DNA from: Promethearchaeota archaeon
GTDB taxonomy: Archaea; Asgardarchaeota; Hermodarchaeia; Hermodarchaeales; Hermodarchaeaceae
NCBI GenBank assembly: GCA_048939625.1
Contig: JBHLPH010000030.1
Coordinates: forward strand, 1 to 19,368
Reading direction: 5' to 3'
DNA length: 19,368 bases
Both the position numbers and the translations under genes were made by a program. Below the pieces are notes generated by a model. It was not told the DNA's origin and did no database searches. It saw only the letters and a list, made by a program, of their open reading frames with translations. Within the stretch, counting starts at the first letter, position 1; every line of letters begins with the position of its first letter. Below, one piece after another: positions 16,040 through 19,368 of the stretch.

Positions 16040-17032
16040 ATGGAACGAAAGACTTACTACATCGTTTTATTAGTCATGATTGGCTTTATCACCCTAGACG
16101 TCACATGGGCAATTCTCAACTATATTTTGCCAATGGTAATCTATGGATGGATTGATATCGTCCCAATCATACCGGGAAGTGGCGTCACAGATTGGCTTAT
16201 CCTCTTCTATCTCCTGCCACTGCTGGCAATTCCATTTTACCTAGTAATGGCTGTTATTACCCCTCGATGGCTGGTTTTGCCCTTAAACCGAATCCTCAAT
16301 CCAGGAAGTGAAGTCTACTACTATGGGGTCGACACCAAGAACCCCTCCGAGCTTTATACGATCTTTCGACGAGCGGTGTTCGCACTGCTCTTAACCTTTG
16401 GTCTCTCCTTAACCGTCGCTGCTTATTTTGGTGAACTTTTCATTTACTGGGTACCTGAATTACCCTTGGTTGTAAATTCCTGGAACATCGCGGTCATAAT
16501 TTTCCCCGTCGTGTTTGTTGCGTTAGGGGTTATTTTGCCCTCATCGTGGTTAATTGACGACACGAAAATCCTTTTTCATAGCCAACCACCCAGTGGGTCC
16601 CAAGAACTCTTTAGTGCGGGACGAGTTCTCACTTATTTACTAGCTGGATATGCTGGAATATCGGTAATCGTTTTTTACGGTGGCATTATCTTCTACATCG
16701 GTTTAATATACGCAACGGCATCTGCAACAATCTGGCCCTGGGTCCCAGCCTGGTTTGTGGTCCTAATTACCTTACTCAACCCCTTCATCGTTATTTACAT
16801 CCCTCTGTTAATGCTATTAGCCTACGACCGATATCTTCCTTGGCTCCAGAAACATCTCCGAGACTACATGGATTCTCGTGGAACACAAGAATTGCGGCAG
16901 ATGTGTGTGGTAGACGTAGATATTTCTGAATATCTCGGTTCAGATCAAACGGATGAACCTCTGCCAAGTGTATCACCTAGGGAAGGCGAAGAAAGTAGTA
17001 AAACCCACATAATTAGCAATGATGATAACTAA
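16040..17032 (+). CDS. Hypothetical polytopic membrane protein (~6 TM)
   Basis: GAGGTG RBS at 16027-16032; multiple TM helices; acidic C-terminal tail; no family recognised. Confidence 0.8.
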   Translation: MERKTYYIVLLVMIGFITLDVTWAILNYILPMVIYGWIDIVPIIPGSGVTDWLILFYLLPLLAIPFYLVMAVITPRWLVLPLNRILNPGSEVYYYGVDTKNPSELYTIFRRAVFALLLTFGLSLTVAAYFGELFIYWVPELPLVVNSWNIAVIIFPVVFVALGVILPSSWLIDDTKILFHSQPPSGSQELFSAGRVLTYLLAGYAGISVIVFYGGIIFYIGLIYATASATIWPWVPAWFVVLITLLNPFIVIYIPLLMLLAYDRYLPWLQKHLRDYMDSRGTQELRQMCVVDVDISEYLGSDQTDEPLPSVSPREGEESSKTHIISNDDN

Positions 17033-17079
17033 TTCAGTGTCCGACAAAGCAATATGTACCTTTTATCGTACTATTCCGT

Positions 17080-17673
17080 ATGGATCCTATTCGCCTTTCA
17101 AAACAACTCGAATTTATTTCTGAAATTGACAAGCTAAAGCAAGTACTCCGTGAATCATGGCTTGTTGACGCCAGTCGTAAAGAAACAGATGCAGAACATT
17201 CCTGGCATATTACCGTCATGGCACTTTTGCTAAGTGAATATGCCAACCAACCCGATATCGATCGTTTCAAGGTACTGAAGATGCTACTTATTCATGATAT
17301 TGTCGAAATCGATGCGGGAGACACTTTCATTTATGACAAAGAACATGCCAAAGACCAACATGAACGAGAAACAAAAGCCGCACATCGCCTCTTTGGATTA
17401 CTCCCAACAGACCAACAAAACGAATTCCTCAATTTGTGGAAAGAATATGAGGCTCAAACCACATCCGAAGCAAAATTTGCCAGGGCAATTGATTCCATGC
17501 AACCCCTTCTCCTCGCATACCTCAATGGTGGTTGTTCTTGGAGACTCCATTCCATAATCAAACCCCAAGTCATCGAGACTAAGAAACACATGGGTCACGG
17601 ATCCAAATTGCTGTGGGAGTACACACAAGAAATACTTGAGGATGCAGTAAAAAAGGGAATCCTCAACGAATGA
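17080..17673 (+). CDS. HD-domain phosphohydrolase (YfbR/HDDC2-like 5'-deoxynucleotidase family)
   Basis: 'EIDKLKQVLR', 'ETDAEHSWH', 'LLIHDIVEIDAGDT' and 'EAKFARAID'. Confidence 0.92.
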   Translation: MDPIRLSKQLEFISEIDKLKQVLRESWLVDASRKETDAEHSWHITVMALLLSEYANQPDIDRFKVLKMLLIHDIVEIDAGDTFIYDKEHAKDQHERETKAAHRLFGLLPTDQQNEFLNLWKEYEAQTTSEAKFARAIDSMQPLLLAYLNGGCSWRLHSIIKPQVIETKKHMGHGSKLLWEYTQEILEDAVKKGILNE

Positions 17674-17752
17674 GTTATTTCTGCAAGGTTTGTAATTAGA
17701 GTTCTTTTTTGCATCCGAAAGATTCAAACTGTTCAAGGAATACAGCTAAGCC

Positions 17753-18706
17753 ATGAAACTTGGAGACATCTACCATCTAATAGTCGAAATGGGGAAAAAA
17801 GCCGATCCCCGTGGCGAAGAGAAAGTCCAGAAGGTCCTTGAGGCATCCAAAAAGAAGCTAGAGAAACTGGAAGGCAAGAAAAAAGACCTTGCCGACAAAG
17901 ATGTCACTTGGAACCCGTACACAGATTGTCGTTTATTGTACGGAGAACCCGACCGAGAAATTAAAAGCCTCCTAGCCGGAATCGACATCACCCCCGGTGA
18001 AATCGTGCTTGCAGACCGACTTCGAGACAAGGGCAAACCCATCGATTTGGTCTTAGCCCATCACCCACATGGCCTAGGCACTTCTCGACTCGATTTTGTT
18101 ATGCGCCTCCAACCTGAACACTGGGCTAAAGTCGGCGTACCAATTGCTCAGGCTGAATCTGCGATGGCGAAACGCCTCAAACAAGTCCACTGGGCAACAA
18201 AAGCCAGAAACCATACACAAACTATTGATGCTGCTCGATTGATCGATATGCCATTCATGTGTTCCCACACCCCAGCTGATTCACTAGGATATCAATACCT
18301 AACCAAGTTCCTCAAAGAAAAGAATCCAATTACCTTAGGGGATCTAGTCGATACGCTCCTTGAAATTCCTGAATACCAAGAAGCCGAGAAAGTAGGGGCA
18401 GGGCCTGAAATCCTCATTGGCAACCCTGAAGGAAGTGTAGGTGAAAAATTCGTATTCTTTACAGGTGGAACAAGCCCTGGACCGGAATCTATCCCCAAAC
18501 TTGGCCGAGCAGGGGTTAGCACCATTATCACAATGCATTGGACAGATGAGCTCAAGAAAGAAACCGAAAAAGAAGGCATCTATGTCGTCATCGCTGGGCA
18601 TGATAGCTCCGATTCTATTGGGATGAATCTAATTCTCGACGAATTGGAAAAGAAAGGCATCAAACCGTATGCATGCTCAGGTTTCTTCCGACACAAACGC
18701 TCATAA
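17753..18706 (+). CDS. NIF3 (NGG1p-interacting factor 3 / YbgI-like) dinuclear metal-centre protein
   Basis: 'NPYTDCR', 'AGIDI', 'AHHPHG', 'HTPADS', 'TGGT', 'MH' and 'AGHDSSDSIGMN'. Confidence 0.88.
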   Translation: MKLGDIYHLIVEMGKKADPRGEEKVQKVLEASKKKLEKLEGKKKDLADKDVTWNPYTDCRLLYGEPDREIKSLLAGIDITPGEIVLADRLRDKGKPIDLVLAHHPHGLGTSRLDFVMRLQPEHWAKVGVPIAQAESAMAKRLKQVHWATKARNHTQTIDAARLIDMPFMCSHTPADSLGYQYLTKFLKEKNPITLGDLVDTLLEIPEYQEAEKVGAGPEILIGNPEGSVGEKFVFFTGGTSPGPESIPKLGRAGVSTIITMHWTDELKKETEKEGIYVVIAGHDSSDSIGMNLILDELEKKGIKPYACSGFFRHKRS

Positions 18707-18777
18707 CTTTTACTTTTGAATAAAGATGTTTGGGTATTCGCTGAGAAGAAGCTGAGGTGTGCGCCTCTGATTAAGAC

Positions 18778-18818
18778 AAATAAAAGAAGGGAGCCGGTGA
18801 ACGAAGGGTCCAACCGGC
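18778..18818 (-). terminator. Hairpin plus U-rich tract downstream of the minus-strand MFS gene
   Basis: Minus strand reads GCCGG-T-TGGAC-CCTTC-GTTCA-CCGGC (18818-18793), then TCCCTTCTTTTATTT; lies between convergent genes. Confidence 0.5.
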
Positions 18819-18837
18819 ACGAGTTCGCTGTGTTTGG

Positions 18838-19368
18838 CTACTTCTCTTTGTCAATGACTTCCAGTACTTTGCCTTTGGTTTCATAGGGCTTCGTAAGGAA
18901 TGAGAGCAATGGAAAGATCATGAAAACTCCTGCTACCATCCAGAAGATCATCCAATTATTGACAAAGACAGAGAGCAGGACAAAAGCGATGAGTGGAGCC
19001 AGGACATAGCCCAGTCGTGAAGCCGTGACGGCAATACCAACGCTTGAGGACCGCACCTTCGTCGGGAAGATTTCAGTCACGTAGGTGTAAATCCAGGCGA
19101 GGACCATCGCCATGAAGAAGTAAACACCCCAGAAGAATGCGGGTAACGAGAAGAGACCTAATCCAAAGAAGCACACAATTGAGCCAATTGTTCCAAGAAC
19201 CAGTGTATGGTTACGTCCAACTCGCTCCAGCAAAATACCAGAGATAATTGCACTTAGTGGGAGCATGAGGCCACCAATGGTAAGAATTGTATTCCACTCT
19301 GCAGGTGTCAGAAAGGTTAGGAAAAAGACACCAGACCAAGTTGTTCCGAGTTTGAAGGCGATTGTCCA
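18838..19368 (-). CDS. MFS transporter (sugar-porter / aromatic-acid type), C-terminal part (5'-truncated by the window)
   Basis: Frame is open to the window end; 'LLERVGRN' motif A repeat, 'YVTEIFPTKVRSSSVG' and 'ETKGK.LE'. Confidence 0.9.
   Translation of the reverse strand, partial: WTIAFKLGTTWSGVFFLTFLTPAEWNTILTIGGLMLPLSAIISGILLERVGRNHTLVLGTIGSIVCFFGLGLFSLPAFFWGVYFFMAMVLAWIYTYVTEIFPTKVRSSSVGIAVTASRLGYVLAPLIAFVLLSVFVNNWMIFWMVAGVFMIFPLLSFLTKPYETKGKVLEVIDKEK

Noticed and set aside
1552-18753. Shared 11-mer GAGAAGAAGCT in two intergenic regions (~1557 and ~18743)
   Set aside because: A match of this length is expected by chance, and the contexts differ (upstream of a gene versus between convergent genes).
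217-18813. Numerous short antisense or alternate-frame ORFs in the track (e.g. 850-1200, 2464-2838, 3335-3613, 5960-6364, 17398-17736, 18292-18579)
   Set aside because: They are shadows of well-supported genes, with no motifs or RBS support.
18793-18818. Hairpin considered as an archaeal SECIS element
   Set aside because: No in-frame UGA selenoprotein candidate nearby; a terminator is the simpler reading.

Overview
Gene-dense, probably archaeal chromosomal window. TATA-like boxes, GGTG/GAGG ribosome-binding sites, frequent TTG/GTG starts, a crenarchaeal-type SSB/RPA OB fold and a stand-alone LRR protein suggest an Asgard archaeon; this is inference, as no marker gene is present. About 22 CDSs were called, with no rRNA, tRNA, CRISPR array or mobile element recognisable. 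In order: partial MFS transporter; GNAT acetyltransferase fused to an SSB/RPA-type OB fold; LLM flavin oxidoreductase; APH/TIGR02569-like kinase; MBL hydrolase; LRR protein; ICMT-family methyltransferase; small membrane proteins; amidohydrolase; cupin; membrane-anchored BPL-N (GATase-like) protein; TspO-like membrane protein; anchored 7-repeat beta-propeller; M20 peptidase; lysine-ketoglutarate reductase plus saccharopine dehydrogenase; polytopic membrane protein; HD hydrolase; NIF3-family protein; partial MFS transporter. Most noteworthy: (i) the GNAT-OB fusion; (ii) the LKR and SDH gene pair, which resembles an unfused version of eukaryotic AASS and has a leader that can fold two ways; (iii) an ICMT-family gene whose two neighbours both end in Cys-x4; (iv) a surface BPL-N protein with Tyr at the nucleophile Cys position.
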